Shown: in pieces, positions 51,313 to 62,004 of the stretch | Numbering within the stretch: the first letter of the stretch is position 1 | Layout of the letters: the number at the start of each line of letters is the position of its first letter | Assembly (NCBI GenBank): GCA_051439605.1 | Contig: JBFRWN010000032.1 | Coordinates: forward strand, 64,001 to 128,000 | From: Synechococcus sp. | GTDB taxonomy: Bacteria; Cyanobacteriota; Cyanobacteriia; Thermostichales; PCC-7336 | Direction of reading: 5' to 3' | Length of the DNA: 64,000 bases | Made by a program: the position numbers and the translations under genes | Notes under the pieces: generated by a model | Told to the model about the DNA's origin: nothing | Seen by the model: the letters and a program-made list of their open reading frames with translations, nothing else | Database searches by the model: none

Positions 51313-52479
51313 ATGCTGGTAGTTGTCCAGGGATTATTGTTAGTGGCGATCGCCGCTTCTATGGCGTTTTACTGCTTTTGCGCCTATTGCACCTTAGTGT
51401 TTAAGCCGGCAAGGCTGAAGCTGGATCGGAGGCTGGCGAATTCTCCGGAAACACTGCCCTCTCCGCCAGACCCCGTCTCCATCCTGATCCCGGTGAGGGG
51501 TTTAGATCCTGGGGCTTTGGCCAATTGGCGCTCCTTTTGTCAGCAAATCTATGGGGAATACGAGGTGCTGTTTGGAGTGATGGATAGCACCGATCCGGCT
51601 ATCCCCATTTTGAAAACGTTAAGGGCTGAGTTTCCCGAGCGGGTGCGGCTACTGACCGATTTGACTCCACGCGGTATCAACTATCAGATCAGCAACTTAA
51701 CTTACCTCTACGAAGCGGCTCGCCACAAGACGATTATCTTGGCGGATAGTGACATTCGAGTGGGGCCAAATTATCTGAAGACTGTCACCGCTCCATTACA
51801 AATGGAAGGAGTGGGTTTAGTCACCTGCCCCTACGTAGAACGGCGACCCCGCTATGCTGGTGCAGCCATTCACGCCCTCAACCGCTGCACGGAATTTATC
51901 CCCAGTTTATTAATTGCTCGTCTGCTGGATGGGGGATTGCGCTGTGCTTTGGGGCCAACGATTGTGACACGAAAGTCAGTGATGGATTCTTTTGGGGGGT
52001 TGAATTACGTCCTCAACCGCATTGGGTCTGATTTTCACATCGGTAAGATGACGGCCAATTCAGGATATCGTGTGGAACTGTGCGGATATGTCTTAGATAA
52101 CGAGGGAGATGAGTACCTGAGTCAGGTATTCAAGCGGGAGTTGCGCTGGGCCCGCACGATCCGCATTAATCGGGGAGGAGAGTACTACGGCATGGTGTTT
52201 ACCTTCGGCACCGTCTACGCTCTGCTGCTGATGCTGTTGTCCGGCTTCGCTTACTGGAGTATTGCGGTGTTTTTCGCCACTTGGGGGATGAGGTTGCTGC
52301 AGGCTGCAATCGCCATCGTGCAGCTGGAACGGCCAGGATTATTCCGCTGGATATGGCTATTGCCTTTTCGGGACGCCATGAGTTTTGTCATTTGGGTGGG
52401 GGGATCTTTTGGCAGTCGAGTCTATTGGCGTGGCCGCTGGCTTAAGATTGGTCAAGAGGGATTGCTCAAAGAAGGGTAG
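51313..52479 (+). CDS. GT2/GT21 glycosyltransferase, HpnI/ceramide-glucosyltransferase-like
   Basis: VSILIPVRG.D, ADSDI.V (DXD), RELRWARTIR, V.WRGR; N- and C-terminal TM helices. Confidence 0.82.
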   Translation: MLVVVQGLLLVAIAASMAFYCFCAYCTLVFKPARLKLDRRLANSPETLPSPPDPVSILIPVRGLDPGALANWRSFCQQIYGEYEVLFGVMDSTDPAIPILKTLRAEFPERVRLLTDLTPRGINYQISNLTYLYEAARHKTIILADSDIRVGPNYLKTVTAPLQMEGVGLVTCPYVERRPRYAGAAIHALNRCTEFIPSLLIARLLDGGLRCALGPTIVTRKSVMDSFGGLNYVLNRIGSDFHIGKMTANSGYRVELCGYVLDNEGDEYLSQVFKRELRWARTIRINRGGEYYGMVFTFGTVYALLLMLLSGFAYWSIAVFFATWGMRLLQAAIAIVQLERPGLFRWIWLLPFRDAMSFVIWVGGSFGSRVYWRGRWLKIGQEGLLKEG

Positions 52480-52701
52480 TCCACACAGAAGTAACATTCG
52501 CCTCAACAACACCCCTAACAACACTATGTTGAGCAAACAAAATTTCCCTCTTACCCCATATCCCACCTGGGAGAAATGGCAAGATGAGGGCTATTCTGAC
52601 CAGCGAAGCTTAACACTGGTGGGAGTTTAATGGTAGCTAGACAACTGCTCGGGTAGTCTAAACACAGCCAAACAGTATGGCGCAATGAGGAAGCAATTCG
52701 G

Positions 52702-53421
52702 ATGAGCGATGACGGTCTAGATAAGGTAGCAGCAACGCTAAGGGCGTTGAGCTTGCCAGACAATCGCACGGGCCTAGAGGGAACTACCAAGGCCCACTTG
52801 GATTTTTTGTTGCTTTCCCTAGAAACGTTAAGCGACGAAGGTTCGGAGGTCATGCTCGCGGCGGCGGCGGCTCTGGGGTTAGAGTCCACCATCGGCGATC
52901 GCATCACCCTATGGCGGCTCAGGAATGCCAATCCCTTGCGCCAAAGCAGGGGGGGTCGAAAGAAGATCGATGTGGACGAAGTGCGAGCCCTGGTGATGGT
53001 CACTTGCTATCTGGCCCGTCAACATCATTCACATATCCGCACGGTCATCACTCGGTTGGAGGAATGCTTTGCTCAAGAGGTTTCTCCCCTAAAAGAGCCT
53101 TTAGTTGCCGACTATTTAGACGCCTTTCACACGACCTATCGCGAGCGAATGGTGGATGGAGATCGCAAGCCCCAACGGGACATTAGCGAGCTTGCCCTCA
53201 GCCTGCTCGTAGAGCTTTTGTTCTACGGCAGCCAGTTTGGCCCCATGCGCCTGTGGAATTCGCTGGTCACGCGCCCGAAAATGCAGTTGCCCCCCCAAGA
53301 CGAGGGTAAGCCTCCGGAATCTGTAGACCCTGAAGCCGATCGGTCAGGAATCAGCCCGCCAGAGGTCGTATCAGAATTGGCCGCCAGTAGCGAACTCCCC
53401 ATACAGCGATCAGATGGCTAA
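52702..53421 (+). CDS. DUF3038-like cyanobacterial protein
   Basis: LD.LLL.LE.L, LWRLR.ANPLR, LL.ELLFY...G..RLW.SL. Confidence 0.8.
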   Translation: MSDDGLDKVAATLRALSLPDNRTGLEGTTKAHLDFLLLSLETLSDEGSEVMLAAAAALGLESTIGDRITLWRLRNANPLRQSRGGRKKIDVDEVRALVMVTCYLARQHHSHIRTVITRLEECFAQEVSPLKEPLVADYLDAFHTTYRERMVDGDRKPQRDISELALSLLVELLFYGSQFGPMRLWNSLVTRPKMQLPPQDEGKPPESVDPEADRSGISPPEVVSELAASSELPIQRSDG

Positions 53422-53637
53422 TATTGCGATCGCGTCGAAGAGTCCCAGAATACTATTTGTTGCTGAAAGCGGTTCGTTTCAGAAAATGGAATCGACGGCA
53501 CTTTGCTCGCCATTCCCCCCACGATTAACCGTAGGACCTTTGCTCTAGAGATTCCTGCGATCTCGCGAATTCCGATATCGAGTCAAGTTCGACCCAAACC
53601 ATCAGTATTAGAGCCTCTAGCCAGACCCAAACCTGTC

Positions 53638-54867
53638 ATGCCTACCACCCAACTGTCTAAAAGCTACTCACACACCAGCTGTACCATCTCTGTCGAGGGG
53701 CAGACACTAACCCCTGACGATGTTGCTAAGCTAACTGCTCCGGTCAACTGCACCATCCAACTGCAAATAGGTGGAAAAAGCCACGAGTTTTCTGGGGATG
53801 GGGAACTTCTCAACGACCTAGTCACCACCGTCGATCGCTATCTCAAGTATCAGTTATCTGCTCAATCGCAGGGCACATTCAGCGGTAGCGTGGCTATCCG
53901 CCCCCTCAACGCCGTCCGCCATCGCATCACCCTCCGACAGGGAAACGGGATCGGACAAGCAGACCTGACAACAACGGAACTTTACGATTTAGCAGAGTCC
54001 TTGGGGGAAGTCGGGCAGGCCATTCCCCACCTAGCCCGCCTCAAGACTGCGACCCGAACCGTCGTTTGGTATCGCCAGCCAGTAGCGGCTGTGGCGGCAT
54101 TGGCAGTGGTTGGAGTAGGAGTACTTGGGGCTAGCTTGATCCTCACCCGTCCTCCAACGGAAGAACTGGCAGAAAATACCGCTCGACAGGAGGTCACCGG
54201 GCTAGTAGAAAGTCAATCGCCCACAGCTGCTGCAGATTCACCCCCCGCTGACTCGGCCCCTTCCGTACGCCGCTCTCTAGCAGAACCAGATATCCCAGAA
54301 TCTGAAGTGGCAGATTCTTTAATTACAGAGCCCTCAGCCCCAGCCCCTGTAATACCTGCACCTGAAGCCACAGAATCCAGCGTGACGGATACCCTACAGT
54401 CAGCCCCTTTACCCTCTACTGCTGATGGTGACGATTTATCCTCTGAACCTTCACAGGCTGAACCAGACGATGCAGGGAAGGCGGTTGAGGATGCCGATCT
54501 CGGAGACTTAGCTGCACTGTCCCAGTCAGATGTTCCAGCACCTCAGGAGCAACCGTCTCAATTGAGCGAGCAACAATTTGCAGACCCAGTAGCAAAGCTG
54601 GCGATATCCCAACAGCAGTTACAGGCAGCGTTGGCTACTGACTGGCAAGCCCCAGAGTCTTTGACAGGTCCCATTGAGTACAATCTCACCCTTGCCCCTG
54701 ATGGCACCATTTTGACAGCGGTCCCGGTTGATGAGCGGGCAAGGGAGCTACAACCTCAAACCCCTTTTGCTGATATTCCGGCAACCTCCGACTCGGAGGG
54801 TGTTCCAGCTAGAGCAACGTTAGGAGCAGACAGCACTGTTTCGGTTACCTTATCCCCGCAGCCGTAA
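53638..54867 (+). CDS. DUF4335-like membrane protein
   Basis: Y....CT..VEG and L.TTELYDL.E.L motifs, central TM, acidic linker; usual partner of DUF3038. ORF extends to 53503. Confidence 0.7.
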   Translation: MPTTQLSKSYSHTSCTISVEGQTLTPDDVAKLTAPVNCTIQLQIGGKSHEFSGDGELLNDLVTTVDRYLKYQLSAQSQGTFSGSVAIRPLNAVRHRITLRQGNGIGQADLTTTELYDLAESLGEVGQAIPHLARLKTATRTVVWYRQPVAAVAALAVVGVGVLGASLILTRPPTEELAENTARQEVTGLVESQSPTAAADSPPADSAPSVRRSLAEPDIPESEVADSLITEPSAPAPVIPAPEATESSVTDTLQSAPLPSTADGDDLSSEPSQAEPDDAGKAVEDADLGDLAALSQSDVPAPQEQPSQLSEQQFADPVAKLAISQQQLQAALATDWQAPESLTGPIEYNLTLAPDGTILTAVPVDERARELQPQTPFADIPATSDSEGVPARATLGADSTVSVTLSPQP

Positions 54868-55008
54868 CTGAAAGTTCTGTAACTGCAACCGCCACAACCC
54901 ATACCGCCATAATCTTGTTCGATGGTAGGAACTATTGCACTGTTGCGATCGTCCCTGGACTGATACCATTCGGGATCCCATGCCAAACCGTTTAGGAAAA
55001 CAAGCCGC

Positions 55009-55863
55009 ATGAAGCCCTATCTTGCTGCTGCGATTCAAATGACCAGTAAGCCCGATCTGGAGGAAAATCTGGAACAGGCTGAGGAATTAATCGATTTTGC
55101 GGTCCGACAGGGGTGCAAGCTCATCGTATTGCCGGAAAACTTTGCGTATATGGGGGACGAGCAAAAAAAGCTCGAGCTGGCAGAGGAAATTTCCACCCGC
55201 ACCGAAGAGTTTTTGCGCACGATGGCCCTGCGCTACCAAGTGTACGTGTTGGGGGGAGGGTATCCCGTACCAACCCCAGAGCAGAAAACAGGTCAGGAAA
55301 AGCAACCTGATGGGAAAAAAGTCTACAATACCGCAACATTGCTCAGCCCCAATGGAGCCGAACTGGCCCGCTATCAAAAAATCCATCTATTTGACGTCAA
55401 CCTGCCGGATGGCAACACCTATCGCGAATCCAATACGGTAATGCCAGGGTCAGGGCAAATGCAGTCCTGTTATATCGAGACCCTCGGCACCCTTGGGTTG
55501 TCCGTCTGCTATGACGTGCGTTTTCCCGAACTTTATCGCACACTGGCATCTCAGGGTGCTGATGTACTGCTGATTCCGGCTGCCTTTACCGAGTTCACGG
55601 GGAAGGATCACTGGCAAATTTTGATTCAAGCTCGGGCGATCGAAAATACCTGTTACGTGATTGCTCCGGCTCAAGTGGGGGTGCATTATGCCCGTCGCCA
55701 AACCCACGGACATGCCATGATTGTTGACCCCTGGGGGACGATATTAGCGGATGCCGGAGGCATGAAGCCTGGGGTGGCGATCGCCGAGATTAATCCAGAA
55801 CGCCTGCAGCAGGTGCGCCGCCAGATGCCCAGCTTGCAGCACCGCCGCCTATCGGCGTTTTAA
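55009..55863 (+). CDS. Carbon-nitrogen hydrolase (Nit1/deaminated glutathione amidase-like)
   Basis: LPENF, YQKIHLFD, VCYDVRFPELYR, ARAIEN, HAMIVDPWG. Confidence 0.92.
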   Translation: MKPYLAAAIQMTSKPDLEENLEQAEELIDFAVRQGCKLIVLPENFAYMGDEQKKLELAEEISTRTEEFLRTMALRYQVYVLGGGYPVPTPEQKTGQEKQPDGKKVYNTATLLSPNGAELARYQKIHLFDVNLPDGNTYRESNTVMPGSGQMQSCYIETLGTLGLSVCYDVRFPELYRTLASQGADVLLIPAAFTEFTGKDHWQILIQARAIENTCYVIAPAQVGVHYARRQTHGHAMIVDPWGTILADAGGMKPGVAIAEINPERLQQVRRQMPSLQHRRLSAF

Positions 55864-55965
55864 GTTGTCGGAACATAAGCTGTCAGTACCTGCGCCAGTC
55901 CGCCTATTTTCTAGCTCGTGGCTCAATATCCTGCCGTCCAGAGAAATTGACAGGAACACCAGATT

Positions 55966-56769
55966 TCACTCACTAGGAGAACTGCAGAGTTGGCCGGTAA
56001 TGGCGGGCCAACCGGAGGTCCAACTGGCCACCTCTGCCTCCAGTTCAGCGTCGCTTACCTCCCGCTCTAGATCGACGCTAGCTGAAATGGCCATCCAATC
56101 AGGGGGAGGGATATCGGGTTTCACCTGCACTTCCCGATCTCCAATGGCAATTACTTGAGGCAGGTCGAGGAAGTCGCTGACTGCAAACAGCACGCGATCG
56201 TTACTAGAACTGTCCCAGCCCAACAACACGGTAGCTGGGAATTGAGGATCGGGGGTTCTGGTGGTGAGTTGGGCCGGCTTCCCTCCCTCCTCAGGAGACC
56301 ACAGCACTGCCCGATTGAGGATAGCTTGAGACCGAAATAGGCCGGAATATTCCCGCACGAGGACCTGACCGTTACGCCACTCCATCGGCAGAAGGAACAA
56401 AAAATCTAGTCCCAATTCATCCCCTTCGCGAAAGACAGAACTGGGATTGTAGATGGTCTGTAACTGTTGGGTTTGATTGTCTTGGGCAAACAGGACGCTA
56501 CTGAGGCGACCCAAGCCCACCGGGGTGATTTCGTAGGTAATACGGCTGTATACCTGCCAGCGACCATCACCCGAAATCAAAGGCTGGCTGCGCAGCAGTC
56601 CCACCAGCCTGCAGTTGCGCTCGAAAGATTGCTGCTGCAAATCCTGAAGCCACAGTCGGGGAATCGGAGTGCCCTGAGCGTGGGCATGGGGGCTGTGGGG
56701 ATGGAGCACTAAGCTCAGCAGCGACGAACTCAACATGGCTAGTAATGCGGTCCTTGGCTGGACGTTCAT
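55966..56769 (-). CDS. Exported hypothetical protein
   Basis: Signal peptide (AHA/Q); 'RSQPLIS.DG...VYSR' beta-rich domain. Confidence 0.7.
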   Translation of the reverse strand: MNVQPRTALLAMLSSSLLSLVLHPHSPHAHAQGTPIPRLWLQDLQQQSFERNCRLVGLLRSQPLISGDGRWQVYSRITYEITPVGLGRLSSVLFAQDNQTQQLQTIYNPSSVFREGDELGLDFLFLLPMEWRNGQVLVREYSGLFRSQAILNRAVLWSPEEGGKPAQLTTRTPDPQFPATVLLGWDSSSNDRVLFAVSDFLDLPQVIAIGDREVQVKPDIPPPDWMAISASVDLEREVSDAELEAEVASWTSGWPAITGQLCSSPSE

Positions 56770-56837
56770 ACCAATGACACAACCTCTCTATGCCAGCGAT
56801 CGAAGGGAGACCTTATTATGAAAGCTCTCTCCATCAA

Positions 56838-58178
56838 TCAATCATTCATCCCCGCTTTGTCAATGCGCAACTGTACCGAAGCACCGTGCGAGGGCAGTCC
56901 CTCTGCCTCGGTCAATGCTGCAATCGCCCCAGAGACCTCTTGGAGGGCATTAGCGCTGTACTGAATGACGCTGGAATGCTTCATAAAGGTTTCCACCCCC
57001 AGGGCGGACGTGTAGCGGGCGGCTCCGCAGGTGGGTAGCGTGTGGTTTGGACCCGCGATATAGTCTCCCACCGCCTCAGGGGTGTTGTGACCCATAAAGA
57101 TGGCCCCCGCATGGCGAACCCCTTCGATGACTTCCCAGGGACTTTCTACTTCTAGCTCAAGGTGCTCTGGGGCGAATAGGTTTGAGAGAGCAACGGCCAC
57201 ATCCAAATTTTCCACAACGACTATTACGCCGTAGTGGGCGATCGCTTTTTCAGTTAAGGTGCGGCGGGGGTGGTTTTCCAGCTGTTTTTTGACTTCAAGG
57301 GTGACCTGTTTCGCTTGGTCATAATCGGTGGTGAGCAAAATGGCAGCAGCTAGAGGGTCGTGCTCTGCCTGTGCCAGAAGGTCTGCGGCTAGGTAGGTGG
57401 GATTGGCACTGCTATCGGCGATGATGAGCACTTCAGAGGGTCCCGCCAAGGAATCAATGCCGACGGTGCCGTACACCTGCTTTTTGGCCAAAGTGACGTA
57501 GATGTTGCCGGGGCCAGAAATGACATCAACTTTGGGGATAGATTCGGTGCCGTAGGCTAAGGCCGCAATGGCTTGAGCCCCTCCGACGCGGAAGATTTTG
57601 TCGATGCCCGCCTCTTGGGCTGCCACTAGGACGGCGGGGCTGATGCTGCTGCTTTTTTGGCCGTTATCAGGGCCAAAACCAGCGGACCCTGGTGGGGTAA
57701 CCATGATAACTTCTTTCACCCCAGCCACTTTGGCGGGTACTGCATTCATCAGCACCGTACTGGGATAGGCAGCCCGGCCACCGGGAACGTACAAACCAGC
57801 GCGATCGACGGCGGTGTAACGCTTACCCAAGACAATATCGGGCTCTGAGAAGGTAACCCATCCTTTGGGAACTCTCTGGCGGTGGAAGGCTTCGATACGC
57901 TGTTGGGCCATACGAATGGCGTCTACCAACTGGGGGGACACCGCCTGGTAGGCGGTATCTAATTCGGCACCAGAAACCTGCAGGGTATCGACCGTGAGTG
58001 TCACCCCATCAAATTCAGCGGTGTAGTTCAGTAATGCTCGATCTTTTTTTCGTTGGACGGTTTGTAAAATCTCTTGAACTGTTGCTTCGCGATGCACCTG
58101 TTGGTCGGCCTGGATGCGATCGCTAATCCGCTTTAATTCGGCCTCGGCTTCGGTGCGCTGGGTGACAATTCTCAACAT
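56838..58178 (-). CDS. hisD: Histidinol dehydrogenase
   Basis: GLYVPGG.A.YPS, GGAQAIAALAYG, GPGN.YV, AGPSE, QAEHD, APEHLE, GDY.AGPNHTLPT. Confidence 0.97.
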   Translation of the reverse strand: MLRIVTQRTEAEAELKRISDRIQADQQVHREATVQEILQTVQRKKDRALLNYTAEFDGVTLTVDTLQVSGAELDTAYQAVSPQLVDAIRMAQQRIEAFHRQRVPKGWVTFSEPDIVLGKRYTAVDRAGLYVPGGRAAYPSTVLMNAVPAKVAGVKEVIMVTPPGSAGFGPDNGQKSSSISPAVLVAAQEAGIDKIFRVGGAQAIAALAYGTESIPKVDVISGPGNIYVTLAKKQVYGTVGIDSLAGPSEVLIIADSSANPTYLAADLLAQAEHDPLAAAILLTTDYDQAKQVTLEVKKQLENHPRRTLTEKAIAHYGVIVVVENLDVAVALSNLFAPEHLELEVESPWEVIEGVRHAGAIFMGHNTPEAVGDYIAGPNHTLPTCGAARYTSALGVETFMKHSSVIQYSANALQEVSGAIAALTEAEGLPSHGASVQLRIDKAGMND

Positions 58179-58208
58179 GGCGATGGTGACTCAACATGGC
58201 GATCGTGA
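58171..58208. repeat. 19-bp tandem duplication spanning the hisD start codon
   Basis: CTCAACATGGCGATGGTGA / CTCAACATGGCGATCGTGA (18/19 identical). Confidence 0.85.
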
Positions 58209-58612
58209 AACGATGCAGGGCTGTCTGGGGCGTTGCTGCTAACCCCAAAGGGGTCTCGTGCAATAGCTTAGCTTGATTTTCTCTACTGAACGGTGGGGTG
58301 AGGACCGATGGAGGCTATCTTATGCAGGAAAGAATGTCTATTATGCCTTGCTAGTCGGGGAGGATTGGCAGAGCAATCGCTTCGGGGATGGGTATATAGA
58401 CGGCAGATTTTCCACCAATGGGAATGTTGAGGGGATTTCGTCCGGGGTAAACTGCGACCCTACGCAATCTTCAGTCTGTGGGGTTAGTCAGTATCTGTCG
58501 AGATTAGTCTTAGGGAAAAGCCAATTTCCGAGAAAAATTTAGTTGGCAGCGATCGCTTCAAGGTGGTACCTTAGAACCCGACTTGAACACATTGTGAAGA
58601 TTCAGTCGCAAT

Positions 58613-58684
58613 GGCACAGTAGCTCAGTGGTAGAGCAGGGGACTCATAAGCCCTTGGTCACGTGTTCAAATCACGTCTGTGCCA
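58613..58684 (+). tRNA. trnM: tRNA-Met (CAT), probably elongator; CCA not encoded
   Basis: GGCACAG/CTGTGCC acceptor stem, TAGCTCAGTGGTAGAGC D-arm, CT-CAT-AA anticodon loop, GTTCAAATC T-loop. Confidence 0.93.
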
Positions 58685-58740
58685 TCTAATATTAGAAAGA
58701 GTATTCGCGTCTTAGCTATTGCTATGCAAGGGGTTCAGTA

Positions 58741-58965
58741 TTGAATGAACTCGCTGCAGCATTGGTGAAGAGTGGCTACAAAGTTGCCATCTTCAGCCAG
58801 AAAAACGAGTCCATTTTCAAATCCGCCGCGTTAACCCCCGGCGACATTCGCAAAGCTAACGATCGCATCAAACTGCAGCGAGTCTCGCTTAAGGTCAAAA
58901 ATAATCAGATTTGGATGCAGGGTACCCTTCCTCTGCGACCTGGGAGCGATGACGGTTTGCTCTGA
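58741..58965 (+). pseudogene. Truncated N-terminal fragment of a cyanobacterial phage-type integrase
   Basis: IRKANDRIK...VSL.VKNNQIWMQGTLPLRPGS resembles the AN.RLK...V.I......L.L.ATLPP.PGS N-terminus of cyanobacterial tyrosine recombinases. Starts 57 nt after the tRNA and has no catalytic domain. Confidence 0.5.
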
Positions 58966-59410
58966 ATCCGCTACTGCGTGAGGAGCCATCCAAGTTTGAG
59001 AAAAGATTTCACCCTTGGGATAGCGATTGGCTTCATCGATCGGTCAGTTCCTTTGCTGGAGAGTCTCTCCACTAGAGACTTGCAGAACATACCCTGAAAA
59101 GAGAACAATGCCCAAAATTATGTCCCGATTGATGGGGCCGAAACGAATGGCCCATTGCTGAGTTCGACATCCTGCAGCACAGCAGAAATATTAGGCAATA
59201 CACTGGGCAAATATTCTAGTAGCCATAACTGAGATCGGGCCACAGTGGGGGATATTATCTTAGCCACTGGGAGCGATCGCACCATTTGCAGCCTTAGCTC
59301 CATCTCTAATGCCAAGATATCCAGCTCGAGCTCAAGCAGGTTCTGTTGTAGGTCGGTATTCATCACTCTCTAGCCAAACAGAATAAATGCAACGCGATTC
59401 AGAATGCGCC

Positions 59411-60304
59411 TTAGTTCAGCAATGAGGCCCTAATCGACTGGGGATTAAATCCGGAAGGGAAAACCGTAGTGTTGTCATGCTGGGCTCCATCCAAAATGCT
59501 GCCTTCTAAGTTTGCCCCCATCAAGTTTGCCCCCCGCAGATTGGCGTCCATCAAAATAGCCCCGGCCAAATTGGCATTGCTCAGATCGCTATTCTGAAAA
59601 CTAGCCCCTTGCATGACAGCCCCCTGCAGCAGCGCCATTTGCAAGTTGGCATTGCTGAAATTGGTTTCAATCAAGTAGGAGTGCTGCAGATCGGCCCCCT
59701 GCAAATTGGCCCCACTTAAATTGCTGCCAATCAGGCGACTCTCCTGCAAAATGGCCCCTTGGAGGCAGGAATTGGTCAAAATGGCTTTACCCAGGTTGGC
59801 TTTGCGAAAATCAGCATCGCTACAATTCGAATCGGTCATTTGGGTAGCGATTAAATAGGCTTCCGAAAGCTCTGCCTTATTGAGACGAGATTGAGCAAGG
59901 TTGGCTTCCACTAATTTGGCTCCTGCCAAATCTATCCCCGTCAGATCGGCATCCTCAAGATTAGCTCGACTGAGGTTCGCCTCCCGCAAATCAGCATGGC
60001 AGAGCTGGATTCCCGCAAGTTCCAAACCAATGAGGCGCAAGTTACGAAAATCTCGTTCCCCTGCGGCATACCGATCCAGCAATTGTTTCACTGCTGTCGT
60101 ATCTCGGAAAAAGGAATGAATAGAGGCCCCTTCGGAGTCCTCTTGAAAGCATAGACTTGCCCTAGGAATAGGGCTGGGCTCATTGAGTTGGCCATTCTCA
60201 GGCAATTGCTGGAGTTCAGTAAATTGCTCGAGATCGGATCGTTGCTCAATAGAAATGGCATCAGTATCCGAGATCTTCTCTGGGCTAGAAACGTTCAACA
60301 CCAC
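59411..60304 (-). CDS. Pentapeptide repeat protein
   Basis: LLDRYAAGERDF N-cap plus ~35 A(D/N)LXX-like repeats. Confidence 0.9.
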   Translation of the reverse strand: MVLNVSSPEKISDTDAISIEQRSDLEQFTELQQLPENGQLNEPSPIPRASLCFQEDSEGASIHSFFRDTTAVKQLLDRYAAGERDFRNLRLIGLELAGIQLCHADLREANLSRANLEDADLTGIDLAGAKLVEANLAQSRLNKAELSEAYLIATQMTDSNCSDADFRKANLGKAILTNSCLQGAILQESRLIGSNLSGANLQGADLQHSYLIETNFSNANLQMALLQGAVMQGASFQNSDLSNANLAGAILMDANLRGANLMGANLEGSILDGAQHDNTTVFPSGFNPQSIRASLLN

Positions 60305-60483
60305 TCATCCCCTTAACCAGATTTGCGTTGACCCTCCAAGGTGGTTAGCCCCGCAAAAGATTGGGTATGAGTGTATCCGCGTTCCCTAAACTTGTCCTGC
60401 ACCTTTAAGCAATTCACGATCGCTGACCAATGACTTATGACCACCGACCTCCTCAGCAAAAAGAGCAAGTTGGTCACGCAAAT

Positions 60484-61665
60484 TTAAGAGGGAAGCCCCG
60501 TTAAGTGCACCTCAGCCCCTAACCCAGCAGCCATTTCTGCCGGGGTGATACGACCATCACCATCGGTATCTAGAGCATCGAAGACGGCGTCGGTACCAGC
60601 CCACTCCTCTCGAGCGATCGAGCCATCGCCATCCAGGTCATACACCTTAAAAATATCGGTGGCTGCGTGGGTAAGGGTTTCTTCCCCCTCCATTTGAGCC
60701 AAGCGTCGGGCCAGCATTGCTTCAAGAGCTTCCAACGCCTTCGAGAATTTATCAATTCCTTCCGATAGCTTCTCAGATGCCATTCGATCGGACTCGTGGA
60801 TGCGGTTGAAGGTGACCCAATCCATCGGAATTTTTGAAATATTTTGGCTGGCTGCAGTGGCCGGATCGAGCTTGCGGGGGAGCTCCTCCAATTTGGTATT
60901 TAACTCATCCAAAAGCTTGGGAGAAATGGTCAGCAGGTCGCATCCTGCTAGCTCGCAAATTTCACCAATGTTGCGGAAGCTGGCCCCCATTACCTCAGTT
61001 TTATAGCCAAATTTTTTATAGTAGTTATAGATTTGGGTTACCGAGACCACTCCGGGGTCTTCTTGCGCAGGATAGCTCTCTCGTCCCGTATCTTTTTTGT
61101 ACCAATCTAGAATACGACCCACAAAGGGAGAAATCAGGGTGGCCTCCGCCTCGGCACAGGCGATCGCTTGGTGCAGACCAAACAGCAGCGTCAGATTGCA
61201 ATGAATGCCCTCTTCCTCCAGGATCTCTGCAGCTTTAATGCCTTCCCAGGTGGAGGCAATCTTGATCAAAATACGTTCGCGAGAAATTCCGGCTGCCTCG
61301 TATTGGGCAATAATGTCGCGGGCTTTTTCAAGGGTAGCTTCCGTGTCGTAGGAGAGACGGGCGTCTACCTCTGTGGATACCCGACCGGGAATGATGTTGA
61401 GAATTTTGAGGCCAAAAGAAACCGCTAAGCGATCGATCGCGCGGCTAGCCACCTTAGTCGCCGTCGCCGTGGTTCCTAGCTCTTGGCGAGATTGCTTGAG
61501 GGTGTCGTCCACAATATCCTTGTATGCAGGCATTTGGGCTGCAGCAGCGATCAAAGAGGGGTTAGTTGTCGCATCGCGAGGGGTAAAGTCTTCGATGGCA
61601 TTAATATCTCCCGTATCAGCCACCACGATGGTGTACTGTCGCAATTGCTCGAGCAGGCTGGGCAT
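60484..61665 (-). CDS. tal: Transaldolase with C-terminal EF-hand pair
   Basis: [64 protein letters not shown] and [15 protein letters not shown] 61665 follows AGGGAG. Confidence 0.96.
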   Translation of the reverse strand: MPSLLEQLRQYTIVVADTGDINAIEDFTPRDATTNPSLIAAAAQMPAYKDIVDDTLKQSRQELGTTATATKVASRAIDRLAVSFGLKILNIIPGRVSTEVDARLSYDTEATLEKARDIIAQYEAAGISRERILIKIASTWEGIKAAEILEEEGIHCNLTLLFGLHQAIACAEAEATLISPFVGRILDWYKKDTGRESYPAQEDPGVVSVTQIYNYYKKFGYKTEVMGASFRNIGEICELAGCDLLTISPKLLDELNTKLEELPRKLDPATAASQNISKIPMDWVTFNRIHESDRMASEKLSEGIDKFSKALEALEAMLARRLAQMEGEETLTHAATDIFKVYDLDGDGSIAREEWAGTDAVFDALDTDGDGRITPAEMAAGLGAEVHLTGLPS

Positions 61666-61875
61666 GGCGCTCTCCCTGTTTGCTAGTGGCGTTTCTATTC
61701 TGACTTGGTTTAAGACGATAACCGCCTGCGATCGTTCTATCTTCGGATGTGTAATTCTAAACAAAAATAGCTCTGTATCTTAAGCTTATTTGACCTCTTA
61801 ATTTGCTTGTCAGTAAATTATTTTGTATTTATTGTTTGACCTATGATAGTGTTTTTCTTCAGTAGAAACCTCGTG

Positions 61876-61925
61876 CTAAGAACTGTAGATTGACGAAGAA
61901 AATAACAAAACTCTACAGTTCTTAG
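61876..61925. repeat. Perfect 14-bp inverted repeat, 22-nt spacer
   Basis: CTAAGAACTGTAGA (61876-89) ... TCTACAGTTCTTAG (61912-25) in the divergent intergenic region. Confidence 0.8.
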
Positions 61926-62004
61926 TTAAATGTGCGAGCCTTAATGAGGCTGCCATCTTAGACTTGAATTATGGCGACCATAGGCAATTGCTGGAGAGAA
62001 CGCT

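Noticed and set aside
59118..59366. 82-aa minus-strand ORF as a real gene
   Set aside because: No recognisable family, and it sits in a decayed tRNA-adjacent region; not enough support.
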